64,000 bases of DNA from Bacteroidales bacterium (lineage in GTDB: Bacteria; Bacteroidota; Bacteroidia; Bacteroidales; ML635J-15). The notes under the pieces are model-generated. The model had not been told where the DNA came from and made no database searches. It saw nothing but the letters and a program-made list of their open reading frames with translations. Positions 18,312 through 27,395 of this stretch are shown here, in pieces. Location: the NCBI GenBank assembly GCA_003249955.1, contig QKHS01000018.1, positions 20,912 through 84,911 on the forward strand, written 5' to 3'. Position 1 is the stretch's first letter, and each line of letters starts with the position of its first letter. The position numbers and the translations under genes are program-made.

Positions 18312-19709
18312 ATGAAAACTATTTTAATCTCAATATTCATTCTGAGCATTTCGGCAGTTGCTTATCTCAATGCGCAGGACGATGCCTACCAGCAGTTGCG
18401 CAGAGCTGCCGGAACGGATGTAAATGTCCCTCCTGTAAACGGCCCTGTACCCGTAGGAGAAGAATCATCCTATAATAATTCTTCAAATTCCGAAGCCATG
18501 ATAATTGCAAATTACCAATATAAGGCAGTTTCGGTAAACAATGAAGGGGTAAATTATCAGAATTCAGGCCGCTACAGAGCTGCAATACGTGCTTATAAAA
18601 AAGCATTATGGTACGATCCTTACAATGAGACCGCAAAAAACAATCTTGCAGGCGCACGCGAAGCACTACGTATTACACGTCAGAACAACCGTAATTCAAA
18701 AGCCTATGCCAAAGCAGAAGCTGAAAGAAACGCTCTGGCTGAAAAAGAAAGACAGGCTCAGGCCGAAAGAGACAGAATTGCCCGACAGGAACAGGAATCA
18801 ACGCAAAACAACAGCAATTTAAACAACACACACCAGACAGGGAATGATATCATCTCAAGACAGGTACAAATTGAATCAGAAAAAGCACAAAAAGATCTTG
18901 ATGAAGCAAAACAAAAATTGTCCGTACTAAAAACGAGCCTTGACAATACCAATAAGCAGTTGAAAATGTATTCAAAATCGCTTGCGAACAACTCAGGAGA
19001 ACTGGAATCATGGGGAGAAACAGTTGACAAGACTTACGCAAACACGCTTAAGGTGTCTCAGGAATATTTTATGCAGATGTTTTTAAAATACAGTCTGCTG
19101 ACGAACTTTGATCCTAAATATAAAAACGGCCCTTATCAAAAACTCGAAGAATTACTTCAAAGCTCCGATCCTGTAAAAAAACAATGGCTCTTAAACGAAT
19201 TCGCCGACAAAAACCTCAATCCTGATGATGTAAGCAAATTTGTTGACCTCATTATGACAAATGCAGATGCAGCTTCTTTAAGTTCTGAGATATTCTTTGG
19301 AGATGCGAATAGTACAAAAACTCAACTAGATGCTGTTCTTTTCATAAATAGTGTTTTTGAAGCAAAAGACTGGGTTAAATATGACGAACTTAAAGACTGC
19401 CCGATGTTTAAACAAATGGCAAATGCCAAAGGAAAGACAATGCCCGGAGACTGGTTTACCCAGGCAAAAGTAATTGGGGAAGTTTATTCCGATCTCGTAG
19501 TGCAGTGTGTAAGCTGGAAAACAATAAACCGGCTTACAGAAGACAGTGAATCAATGACACAAAAAGTTAACCTGCTCATTTACAAACAGGAACAAACAAT
19601 AAAGCAGATAAATTGTCTCGAGGAATGCATTAAAAACTCCAACGGGAAATGTATGAACAGTTGCACAGGAAAGTCAAAACTGCATACACCTCCGCCGTTT
19701 TTGGATTAA
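18312..19709 (+). CDS. secreted TPR and coiled-coil protein of unknown function
   Basis: Signal peptide, one TPR-like segment (GRYRAAIRAYKKALWYDPYNETAKNNL), a charged coiled coil (AEAERNALAEKERQAQAERDRIARQEQE) and a Cys-rich C-terminal tail. Confidence 0.5.
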   Translation: MKTILISIFILSISAVAYLNAQDDAYQQLRRAAGTDVNVPPVNGPVPVGEESSYNNSSNSEAMIIANYQYKAVSVNNEGVNYQNSGRYRAAIRAYKKALWYDPYNETAKNNLAGAREALRITRQNNRNSKAYAKAEAERNALAEKERQAQAERDRIARQEQESTQNNSNLNNTHQTGNDIISRQVQIESEKAQKDLDEAKQKLSVLKTSLDNTNKQLKMYSKSLANNSGELESWGETVDKTYANTLKVSQEYFMQMFLKYSLLTNFDPKYKNGPYQKLEELLQSSDPVKKQWLLNEFADKNLNPDDVSKFVDLIMTNADAASLSSEIFFGDANSTKTQLDAVLFINSVFEAKDWVKYDELKDCPMFKQMANAKGKTMPGDWFTQAKVIGEVYSDLVVQCVSWKTINRLTEDSESMTQKVNLLIYKQEQTIKQINCLEECIKNSNGKCMNSCTGKSKLHTPPPFLD

Positions 19710-19882
19710 AAGATTGTGTATCCATAAAAATATGCTCATAAATCTATCTCTTACTTTGATATTTAAAGCATCCTGAGACAAATATCAAAATATTAATTAT
19801 AAAATTAAGATCATATAATGTTTTTTATAATATATTTATCATTTATTCGTAATTAGTTCAAAACGTTAAAATTACACCAATT

Positions 19883-20533
19883 ATGAAAAATTTATTACTA
19901 ATTTCAGCATTCATTATTGTTTCAATATTTTCGACTTCAGTTTTTGCACAATCAGGTAAGTTTTTTATCGGGGCAAATGCCGGCATCGGGCCATCTTCAG
20001 CATTTTATATCTCCGGAGGAGGAATCGGCTATTCAGGAAACATTGGGGTAAAATATAATGTTACAAATCATTTTTCATTAGTTTCCGGAATCGGATTTGA
20101 GCAGAAAAATGCAACAGAACTCCCGGCGTTTTACTTTACCGGTGAACAACTTTACCCTCTTGATTATTCAATTATCCACTCCTTTAATTTTATTCAAATC
20201 CCGGTTTTGGTCCGTGCAGAAATAGGCCGTAAAGTAAAATACTTTTTTAACATCGGACCATATTTCAGTTATTTAACCAATCAATACATTTCTGTATTTG
20301 ACGAAAACGACAACCTGCTTAGTAAGAATATTTATACCAATAATTTTAACCGATTTGTAACCGGCATTTCGTTTGGTGCAGGATTTAATATCCCTGTTTC
20401 CGACAAAATTAATCTTAATTCTGAACTCTTATTCGGTCAGGATAAGACAAATTTGAGTAAAACTGAAGGAATACCAATAAAAACAGGTTATATATTTCTG
20501 ATTGTCGGAGTTAATTATTGCTTTGGTAATTAA
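19883..20533 (+). CDS. outer-membrane beta-barrel (porin-family/OprW-like) protein
   Basis: 216 aa with a signal peptide, alternating beta-strand pattern and C-terminal ...GVNYCFGN. Confidence 0.55.
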   Translation: MKNLLLISAFIIVSIFSTSVFAQSGKFFIGANAGIGPSSAFYISGGGIGYSGNIGVKYNVTNHFSLVSGIGFEQKNATELPAFYFTGEQLYPLDYSIIHSFNFIQIPVLVRAEIGRKVKYFFNIGPYFSYLTNQYISVFDENDNLLSKNIYTNNFNRFVTGISFGAGFNIPVSDKINLNSELLFGQDKTNLSKTEGIPIKTGYIFLIVGVNYCFGN

Positions 20534-20544
20534 ATAAAATATTA

Positions 20545-20824
20545 GCCACGAAAGCACAAAGACACGAAGAAAAGTAAAAAAATAAATAATGGATTACAGT
20601 GCCTTCGACTACGCCCAGTCACATGATTATCCGTTGACTGAGCGTAGCCGAAGGCAACAATTAAAAATAAATAGCCACAAAAGCACGAAAGCACAAAAAA
20701 ACAAAAAAACCTTTAGTGTTTTAGTGTTTTAGTGGCAAGATAAAGAAAAATAAACTTTGTGTCTTAGTGCCTTAGTGGCAAAAAAAGAAAGAAGAGTAAC
20801 TTTGTGGCTTCGTGCCTTAGTGGC
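20545..20824. repeat. cluster of 24-25-nt arms, each made of three imperfect octamers (NCACNAAN), in nested inverted orientation
   Basis: The forward arms lie at 20545-20569 (GCCACGAAAGCACAAAGACACGAAG) and 20674-20697. The reverse arms lie at 20711-20736, 20755-20779 (CTTTGTGTCTTAGTGCCTTAGTGGC) and 20800-20824. Confidence 0.7.
20599..20658. repeat. REP-like imperfect palindrome, copy 2
   Basis: GTGCCTTCGACTACGCCCAGTCAC-ATGATTAT-CCGTTGACTGAGCGTAGCCGAAGGCAAC, a stem of about 21 bp. It sits inside the octamer-arm cluster downstream of the OMP gene that ends at 20533. Confidence 0.6.
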
Positions 20825-20905
20825 AGGCAATATAAAAAAAACTTGGCCCCTTAATCCCTTGCTAACAAAAAAAACTGATATTTGCGTTTTATAATTTTAC
20901 TTTTT

Positions 20906-23128
20906 ATGAAAGCAACATTATCAATCTTTGTTATCCTCTTCACCTTGTTATCATGCAGCAACAAAAATCAAATCACGCTGGTTGAAAACGGGAAATCAGA
21001 ATATTCTGTTATTATCCCCGTAAATGCCTCGCCCGAAGAAAAAAGAGCCGCAGAGTTTCTGGTAAGTCATGTAAATAAAATTGCCGGTTGTAAATTGCCG
21101 GTTGTAAATTCAGATACCCCTGAAGGAAACTGCATAATAATTTCAAAATCCGGAGAAATAGAAACTGCTGATGGTTTTTCAATAACCACAAACGGCAAAA
21201 ATCTGATAATAAAAGGCGGTTCAGGCAAAGGATGCATATACGGGGTATCAGAATTACTCGAAAAATACCTGGGAGTAAGGTATTTTAGCCCCGTTTTTAT
21301 TGTAATCCCCGAAACGAAAAACATTGCTTTACCTGAAATAAACATAACAGGTTCTTCACCCAACACATACCGTAATGTTCACGGCACTTTTTCCGAAAAT
21401 CAGGATTACAAAGATTTTCACAGGCTGAACAGTATTGACGACATGTTTGCCGACAATTATTATGTGCATACCTTTAACAAACTTGTGCCATGGCAGGACT
21501 ATTTTGAAACACATCCTGAATATTTTGCATATATGAACGGCAAAAGGATTATTGATCAGCTTTGTTTGTCAAATCCTGAAGTTTTGAAGATTGTAACCGA
21601 AAAACTTAAAAAGGAAATGGAATTGCAGCCGGATAAAAAGGTTTGGTCTGTTAGTCAGAACGACAACTTTTCATATTGTCAGTGCGATAAATGTAAAAAG
21701 ATAATTGAAGAAGAAGGAAGCGCATCGGGACCGGTAATACGCTTTGTAAATCAGGTTGCGGAACAGTTTCCCGACAAAATAATTTCAACACTTGCCTACC
21801 AGTACAGTCGTAAGGCTCCGTTAAAAACAAAACCACTGGATAATGTTCAGGTTATGCTTTGTACTATTGAATTAAACCGTTCCCAACCTATTGCTACCGA
21901 TCCTTCAAGTGCATCATTTCTTAATGACATTGAAGAATGGGGCAAAATATGTAAACATATCTATCTTTGGGACTACACAGTTGACTTTGCTCATAGCTAT
22001 TGCCCGTTTCCGAATCTGCAAACATTACAGCCAAACATTCAGTTGTTTGTAAAAAACAATGTAAAAGAACATTTTCAGCAGACAAATACAGCAACCGGCC
22101 ATGAGTTCTCGGAATTAAAAGCTTACATACTTGCAAAACTTCTTTGGAATTCCGATGCCGATGTTGATGTTGATGCAATTATTGTTGAATTTACCGATGG
22201 ATATTACGGAGCTGCCGGGGAATGGATAAGAAAATACATTTATAAGATGCAGGATGAAATTGTAAAAACCGGTGAATGGCTCGACATATATGGACCTCCG
22301 ACAAATTATCAGAAAAGTTTTCTGTCTGCTGAAAATATAAAGCTTTATAATTCATATTTTGACGAAGCCGAAAAAGCAGTAGCCGGAAATGATGTTCTGC
22401 TTTTGCACGTTCGCACTGCCCGTATGCAGCTTTGGTATGCAATCATGGAAATCGGCAAAAACGATATGTTTGGGCCACGAGGCTGGTACACCGAAAAAAA
22501 CGGAGATTTTGTCGTATTGCCGGAAATGACACAAATGCTTGAAGATTTTTATCAGACCGGCAAAGATGCCGGATGTAAATATGTAAACGAATCAGAACTT
22601 ACAACTGAAGAATATTACCAGTCAACAAAAAGATTTATTAACGTGCAGTTAAAAGGCAATTTCGCTTTTCGTAAGAAAGTAAGCGCAAACCCGACACCTT
22701 CGGAAAAATACAGTGGCGGGGACCTTTCATTCCTCACAAACGGAGTTCGAGGTGCGAATGATTACAAAGTTCACTGGCTTGGCTGGGAATCAAAAGATTT
22801 CTCGCTGACCCTGGATCTGGAAGAGCCAACACAAGCATCAACAATTGAAATTTCTACTCTGTACGATCCAAAAAGCTGGATTCTGCATCCTGCATCAGTA
22901 ACTTGCTATGTTTCGGACAACGGAACGAATTACAAACTGATTGAAAAACAAACTGTCAGCGGAGACCAACGCAAAGAAGAAGTTAACCGTACCTTTACAT
23001 TTAACACTTCAGGAATGAAATACCGTTATGTAAAGTTTGATGTAAAGGGAACACTTAAACTCTTCGACTGGCACCCTTCGGCAGGTGGAGGCTCGTGGGT
23101 ATTTGTTGACGAGATTGTGGTAAAGTGA
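20906..23128 (+). CDS. DUF4838-type glycoside-hydrolase-like lipoprotein with C-terminal F5/8 type C (discoidin) domain
   Basis: ATG at 20906 with lipobox LLSCSN. The N-terminus has LVENGKSEYSVIIPVNASPEEKRAAEFL, followed by a YCQCDKCKKIIEEEGSASGPVIRFVN motif. The C-terminal ~150 aa resemble a carbohydrate-binding discoidin fold. Confidence 0.55.
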   Translation: MKATLSIFVILFTLLSCSNKNQITLVENGKSEYSVIIPVNASPEEKRAAEFLVSHVNKIAGCKLPVVNSDTPEGNCIIISKSGEIETADGFSITTNGKNLIIKGGSGKGCIYGVSELLEKYLGVRYFSPVFIVIPETKNIALPEINITGSSPNTYRNVHGTFSENQDYKDFHRLNSIDDMFADNYYVHTFNKLVPWQDYFETHPEYFAYMNGKRIIDQLCLSNPEVLKIVTEKLKKEMELQPDKKVWSVSQNDNFSYCQCDKCKKIIEEEGSASGPVIRFVNQVAEQFPDKIISTLAYQYSRKAPLKTKPLDNVQVMLCTIELNRSQPIATDPSSASFLNDIEEWGKICKHIYLWDYTVDFAHSYCPFPNLQTLQPNIQLFVKNNVKEHFQQTNTATGHEFSELKAYILAKLLWNSDADVDVDAIIVEFTDGYYGAAGEWIRKYIYKMQDEIVKTGEWLDIYGPPTNYQKSFLSAENIKLYNSYFDEAEKAVAGNDVLLLHVRTARMQLWYAIMEIGKNDMFGPRGWYTEKNGDFVVLPEMTQMLEDFYQTGKDAGCKYVNESELTTEEYYQSTKRFINVQLKGNFAFRKKVSANPTPSEKYSGGDLSFLTNGVRGANDYKVHWLGWESKDFSLTLDLEEPTQASTIEISTLYDPKSWILHPASVTCYVSDNGTNYKLIEKQTVSGDQRKEEVNRTFTFNTSGMKYRYVKFDVKGTLKLFDWHPSAGGGSWVFVDEIVVK

Positions 23129-23177
23129 AAATAAAAAGCTTAAAAGTTTCAGGCAGCCGGAACTCTGATTAAACTGG

Positions 23178-24440
23178 TTACAATTCCAATTCCCACGCCT
23201 TTAAATGTTTTATGCCGTTGCGCACAGGAAAAGTAACTTCGTCCAGACTTACAACATATTTTTCAAAGCTATCAGGGATTGCTTCAAGTGAAGCATATTC
23301 ACGTTCTGCTGTTTCGCTATCCTCAATAGAATAACTTACCTGCAAATATATTTTCCGGTCATTTTTCAGAGCAACAAAGTCAACTTCTTTATCATTTATA
23401 ATTCCTACATATACATTAAAACCTAGCCTACACAACTCGAGATACACAGTATTTTCCAACAAATAACCGGTTCCGTAGCCAAAGCCTTTATATAAATAAT
23501 TACGGAATGCCACATCATTTATGTAGTATTTGCAATTACCTGATATCGTTTCTTTTCCCCTGATGTTATACCTTTCTGCTTTATGAATTAAAAATGCATT
23601 TGCAAGGTAAGATATATAGGTGGAGACAGTCTCATAGTTTGTTTTTCGCTTTTTTGAAGCAAAAAAATCAACAATGTTTGATATTGAAATTAAATTCGAT
23701 GCACTATTTACCAGATAAACAAATATATCTTCCAGAAGTACCGCATCTTTCACTTTAAAACGCTGAACAATATCACGCAGCAAAACGGTGTCTTTTATTG
23801 CCGACACATAATTTCTACGGCTATCTTCAAGAGGCAGGTTTACAAACTCCGGAAATCCTCCTTTCTGAATATAATCCATAAAAGCAGACCTTCCGGTTGG
23901 TAAATTATTTGCAAGAATATATTCGCTATAACTCAGGGAAAAGACATTAAATGAAACATACCGGCCTGACAACAAAGTTGCAAGCTCTCCTGAAAGCAAA
24001 TGAGAATTTGAACCGGAAATAAACAGTTCACAATCTTCACGAAAATCCTGAGAAAGAGAATTTACAAAACGCTCCCACTCACTAATATTTTGAATTTCGT
24101 CTATCAGCCAATAGGTTTTACCAACCGGATTAAATTCCTCTTTGTACTTGGCAAACAGGGAATTAAGATCGCTGTTGCTTTCCAAAAAATCATAATCAGA
24201 AAACTCCTTATTTATGTAAACAATATTCTGCGACGGAACTCCATTTTGCAGCAATTTAAGTGCAACCTGCCTTAAAATATAACTTTTACCAACACGCCGC
24301 TGCCCTACTAAAACTTTCACCAATTGAGTACCAACAAATTCAAATAATTTATCAATATAATCTGAGCGTAATAACCCTAAACGAGGTAAATCGCCGATTT
24401 CAACCCGATATTTCAATAGTGTTAATAATCTTGAATCCAT
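23178..24440 (-). CDS. AAA+ ATPase (AAA_14 with DUF4143 architecture)
   Basis: Walker A is VGQRRVGKSY and Walker B is YWLIDEIQ. The C-terminal region has a PD-(D/E)xK-like DUF4143 pattern (EVDFVA...). Confidence 0.75.
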   Translation of the reverse strand: MDSRLLTLLKYRVEIGDLPRLGLLRSDYIDKLFEFVGTQLVKVLVGQRRVGKSYILRQVALKLLQNGVPSQNIVYINKEFSDYDFLESNSDLNSLFAKYKEEFNPVGKTYWLIDEIQNISEWERFVNSLSQDFREDCELFISGSNSHLLSGELATLLSGRYVSFNVFSLSYSEYILANNLPTGRSAFMDYIQKGGFPEFVNLPLEDSRRNYVSAIKDTVLLRDIVQRFKVKDAVLLEDIFVYLVNSASNLISISNIVDFFASKKRKTNYETVSTYISYLANAFLIHKAERYNIRGKETISGNCKYYINDVAFRNYLYKGFGYGTGYLLENTVYLELCRLGFNVYVGIINDKEVDFVALKNDRKIYLQVSYSIEDSETAEREYASLEAIPDSFEKYVVSLDEVTFPVRNGIKHLKAWELEL

Positions 24441-24460
24441 AAAACACTGTATTATTTTTA

Positions 24461-24468
24461 CAAATATA
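24461..24468 (-). promoter_or_regulatory. candidate -7 box (TATATTTG) for the ATPase gene
   Basis: The minus strand matches TAnnTTTG 21 nt upstream of the ATG at 24440. Confidence 0.45.
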
Positions 24469-24478
24469 CAAAAATAAT

Positions 24479-24595
24479 TTCAAACATGTTTGAAATTATT
24501 CAAATTATTTCATATTTTTCAAACATATTTGAAAATATTAAATCTTTTTATATTTTTTCAAATACACTTGAAATTTTCACATTGTCTAAAACACG
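24479..24595. repeat. three tandem 39-bp units, each starting with a TTCAAA-N4-TTTGAA-type palindrome
   Basis: The palindromes are TTCAAACATGTTTGAA (24479-24494, perfect 16-bp), TTCAAACATATTTGAA (24518-24533) and TTCAAATACACTTGAA (24557-24572). Units 1 and 2 are about 80 % identical. Confidence 0.7.
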
Positions 24596-24650
24596 TTTCA
24601 ATGTAAGGCAAATTAATGGTTCCTGAGCATTGCCGAAGGAGAAATTGACT

Positions 24651-24658
24651 TACATTTG
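24651..24658 (+). promoter_or_regulatory. candidate -7 box (TACATTTG) for the GH3 gene
   Basis: TAnnTTTG match 26 nt upstream of the ATG at 24685. Confidence 0.45.
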
Positions 24659-24684
24659 TAACGTGTTAAAACAAAATTACCGAT

Positions 24685-27348
24685 ATGAAGCAATTATTGT
24701 TTGGATTATTACTGATTTTAACCGCCACAACAGCCATGGCACAGAAATATAAAGACCCTGCTTTGCCTGTTGAAGAAAGGGTTCAGGATTTATTATCCCG
24801 AATGACACCTGAGGAGAAATTCTGGCAATTGTTTATGATTCCCGGAGATATCAGCGGCGATACTGCAAAATACAAAACCGGAATTTTTGGTTTTCAGGTA
24901 AGCACTGTAGGCCAAAACACGGATGCTGCCGGACAAATGATGAACTACAACGAAGGTAATTCTGCTTATGAGACTGCAATAAAAATCAATGAAATGCAAA
25001 AATTCTTTTTGGAAAGAAGCAGGCTCGGAATTCCGATTATCCCTTTTGACGAAGCTTTACACGGACTTGTTCGCAACGGGGCAACTGCATTTCCACAGGC
25101 AATCGCACTGGCTGCAACCTGGGATACTGAACTTGTAAACACAGTTGCCGGAGCAATTGCAGAAGAATGTTCGTCACGTGGGATAAGACAGATTTTGTCA
25201 CCGGTTGTAAATGTAGCAACCGACGTTCGCTGGGGCCGGACAGAAGAAACTTACGGCGAAGATCCTTTTCTTGTTTCTGAAATGGGAGTTGCTTATGTAT
25301 CTGCATTCGAAAACAAAGGAATAATTACTACACCCAAGCATTTTGTGGCAAACACAGGTGACGGTGGCCGCGATTCTTACCCTATACATTACAACGAACG
25401 TTATATGCGTGAAATAATTCTTCCTCCGTTTCAGGCTTGTTTTGACCGTGGCGGTTCACGCTCTGTAATGACTTCATATAATTCTTATGACGGAACGCCA
25501 TGTACTGCAAACGACTGGCTACTGAACACAATTCTGAAAAAAGAATGGGGCTTTAAAGGATTTGTAATCTCTGATGCCGGGGCAACAGGCGGAGCTAATG
25601 TTTTGCATTTTACTGCTTCGGACTATGCAGATGCCACGGCAAAATCAATTACCGGCGGACTTGACGTGATATTTCAGACAAACTATGATCATTACAAACT
25701 TTTCTCTCCTCCTTTTTATGACGGCCGCATTGACGGAAAAATCATTGATGAAGCAGTTGCACGGGTTTTAAGACTTAAATTTGAAATGGGATTATTCGAA
25801 AATCCTTATGTCGATGCAAATTTGGCTGCCGGGTTAAACGGGAATCAGGAGCACAAAAATCTGGCAAAAAAAGCGGCTCTTGAATCAATTGTGCTGCTAA
25901 AAAACGATAATTCTGTTTTACCTGTTTCAAAAAACATTAAATCAATTGCGATAATAGGCCAGGATGCAGACGAGGCCAGACTTGGCGGGTACAGCGGACC
26001 CGGAAACGTAAACATCAGCATACTTTCCGGAATTAAGAATATTATAGGGGAAGAAGTTGATGTAAAATACACTTTGGGATGTAATCGTGAAAATACAGAA
26101 TTTGTTACAATTCCTTCAGAATTGCTTTCCTGCAAAATTGACAATAAAACCCAAACAGGCCTGATGGGAGAATATTTTAACAATGTGACTCTGTCAGGTT
26201 CCCCGGTTTTTACACGTTGCGACAAACAGATTCAGTTCCAATGGACATTGTTTTCACCTGATCCCGACAAACTCAGCTATGACTTCTATTCTGTTCGCTG
26301 GACAGGAAAATTAAAAGCCCCGGAAACAGGAACATTTAAAATCGGCATCAGGGGTAATGACGGCTACAGATTATATATAGACGGTAAACTCATTATTGAT
26401 AACTGGACAAAACAGACAAACCAAACTATAGTTGCAGATTTCGCATTTGTAAAAAACCGTGAATATGATATAAAAATTGAATTTTACGAACCGGTTGGAA
26501 ATGCATGGTTTAATCTGATCTGGAATGTAGGTGTGGAAAACAACCAGGACAAAGAAATTGACAAAGCCGTTAATCTTGCCGCAGCATCTGACATCGCTCT
26601 TATTGTGGTTGGAATAGAAGAAGGCGAATTCCGCGACCGTGCATATCTTAATCTTCCCGGGAAACAGGAAGAGCTGATAAAAAAAGTTGCATCAACCGGA
26701 AAACCTGTAATTGTGGTTCTGGTTGGCGGCAGTGCAATAACAATGAATAACTGGATAAATGATGTTGACGGAATTGTTGATGTGTGGTATCCCGGTGAAC
26801 AGGGAGGAAACGCTGTGGCAGAAGTGCTTTTTGGAGATTACAATCCGGCAGGTCGCCTGCCAATAACTTTTCCGGTTTTTGAAGGCCAGTTACCATTAGT
26901 TTATAATCACAAACCAACCGGACGTGGCGATGATTACAATAATCTTACCGGACAGCCGCTGTTTCCCTTCGGATTCGGACTGAGTTACACAAGTTTTGAG
27001 TACTCAGAAATAAAACTGGATAATAGCATAATATCAGTAAACGATTCCGCTTATGTCTCAGTCAAAGTAAAAAACACAGGAAAGACTGCAGGCGATGAAG
27101 TTATCCAGCTATACATACGTGATGAATTAGCCTCTGTCGTCCGCCCGGTAACAGAGCTAAAAGGATTTCAGAGAATTTATCTTAAGCCCGGCGAAACAAA
27201 AGAAATTAAGTTTCTGATTACTCCGGAAATGCTTTCGATGCTTGATATCAACTTGAATAAAATTGTTGAGTCAGGGATTTTCAGATTAATGATCGGAGCC
27301 TCATCAAAAGATATCAGACAAAGAGTAATTCTGGAAGTTGCAGAATAA
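24685..27348 (+). CDS. bglX: GH3 beta-glucosidase/beta-xylosidase with inserted PA14 domain
   Basis: 887 aa with a signal peptide. Contains GFKGFVISDAGA (the GH3 nucleophile motif), a PA14-like insert (GLMGEYFNN...YSVRWTGKL...GYRLYIDGK) and a C-terminal FnIII-like domain. Confidence 0.9.
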   Translation: MKQLLFGLLLILTATTAMAQKYKDPALPVEERVQDLLSRMTPEEKFWQLFMIPGDISGDTAKYKTGIFGFQVSTVGQNTDAAGQMMNYNEGNSAYETAIKINEMQKFFLERSRLGIPIIPFDEALHGLVRNGATAFPQAIALAATWDTELVNTVAGAIAEECSSRGIRQILSPVVNVATDVRWGRTEETYGEDPFLVSEMGVAYVSAFENKGIITTPKHFVANTGDGGRDSYPIHYNERYMREIILPPFQACFDRGGSRSVMTSYNSYDGTPCTANDWLLNTILKKEWGFKGFVISDAGATGGANVLHFTASDYADATAKSITGGLDVIFQTNYDHYKLFSPPFYDGRIDGKIIDEAVARVLRLKFEMGLFENPYVDANLAAGLNGNQEHKNLAKKAALESIVLLKNDNSVLPVSKNIKSIAIIGQDADEARLGGYSGPGNVNISILSGIKNIIGEEVDVKYTLGCNRENTEFVTIPSELLSCKIDNKTQTGLMGEYFNNVTLSGSPVFTRCDKQIQFQWTLFSPDPDKLSYDFYSVRWTGKLKAPETGTFKIGIRGNDGYRLYIDGKLIIDNWTKQTNQTIVADFAFVKNREYDIKIEFYEPVGNAWFNLIWNVGVENNQDKEIDKAVNLAAASDIALIVVGIEEGEFRDRAYLNLPGKQEELIKKVASTGKPVIVVLVGGSAITMNNWINDVDGIVDVWYPGEQGGNAVAEVLFGDYNPAGRLPITFPVFEGQLPLVYNHKPTGRGDDYNNLTGQPLFPFGFGLSYTSFEYSEIKLDNSIISVNDSAYVSVKVKNTGKTAGDEVIQLYIRDELASVVRPVTELKGFQRIYLKPGETKEIKFLITPEMLSMLDINLNKIVESGIFRLMIGASSKDIRQRVILEVAE

Positions 27349-27395
27349 AGCAATGAAACAGATAAGGTCATCAGTATAATTAAAAGCAACAAAAT

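Noticed and set aside
20545-20824. CRISPR array
   Set aside because: The repeated units are 8 nt (arms of 24-25 nt) in both orientations, with irregular spacing and no unique spacers of uniform length. There are no cas genes in the window. The same applies to the arrays at 42779, 45238, 60659 and 61999.
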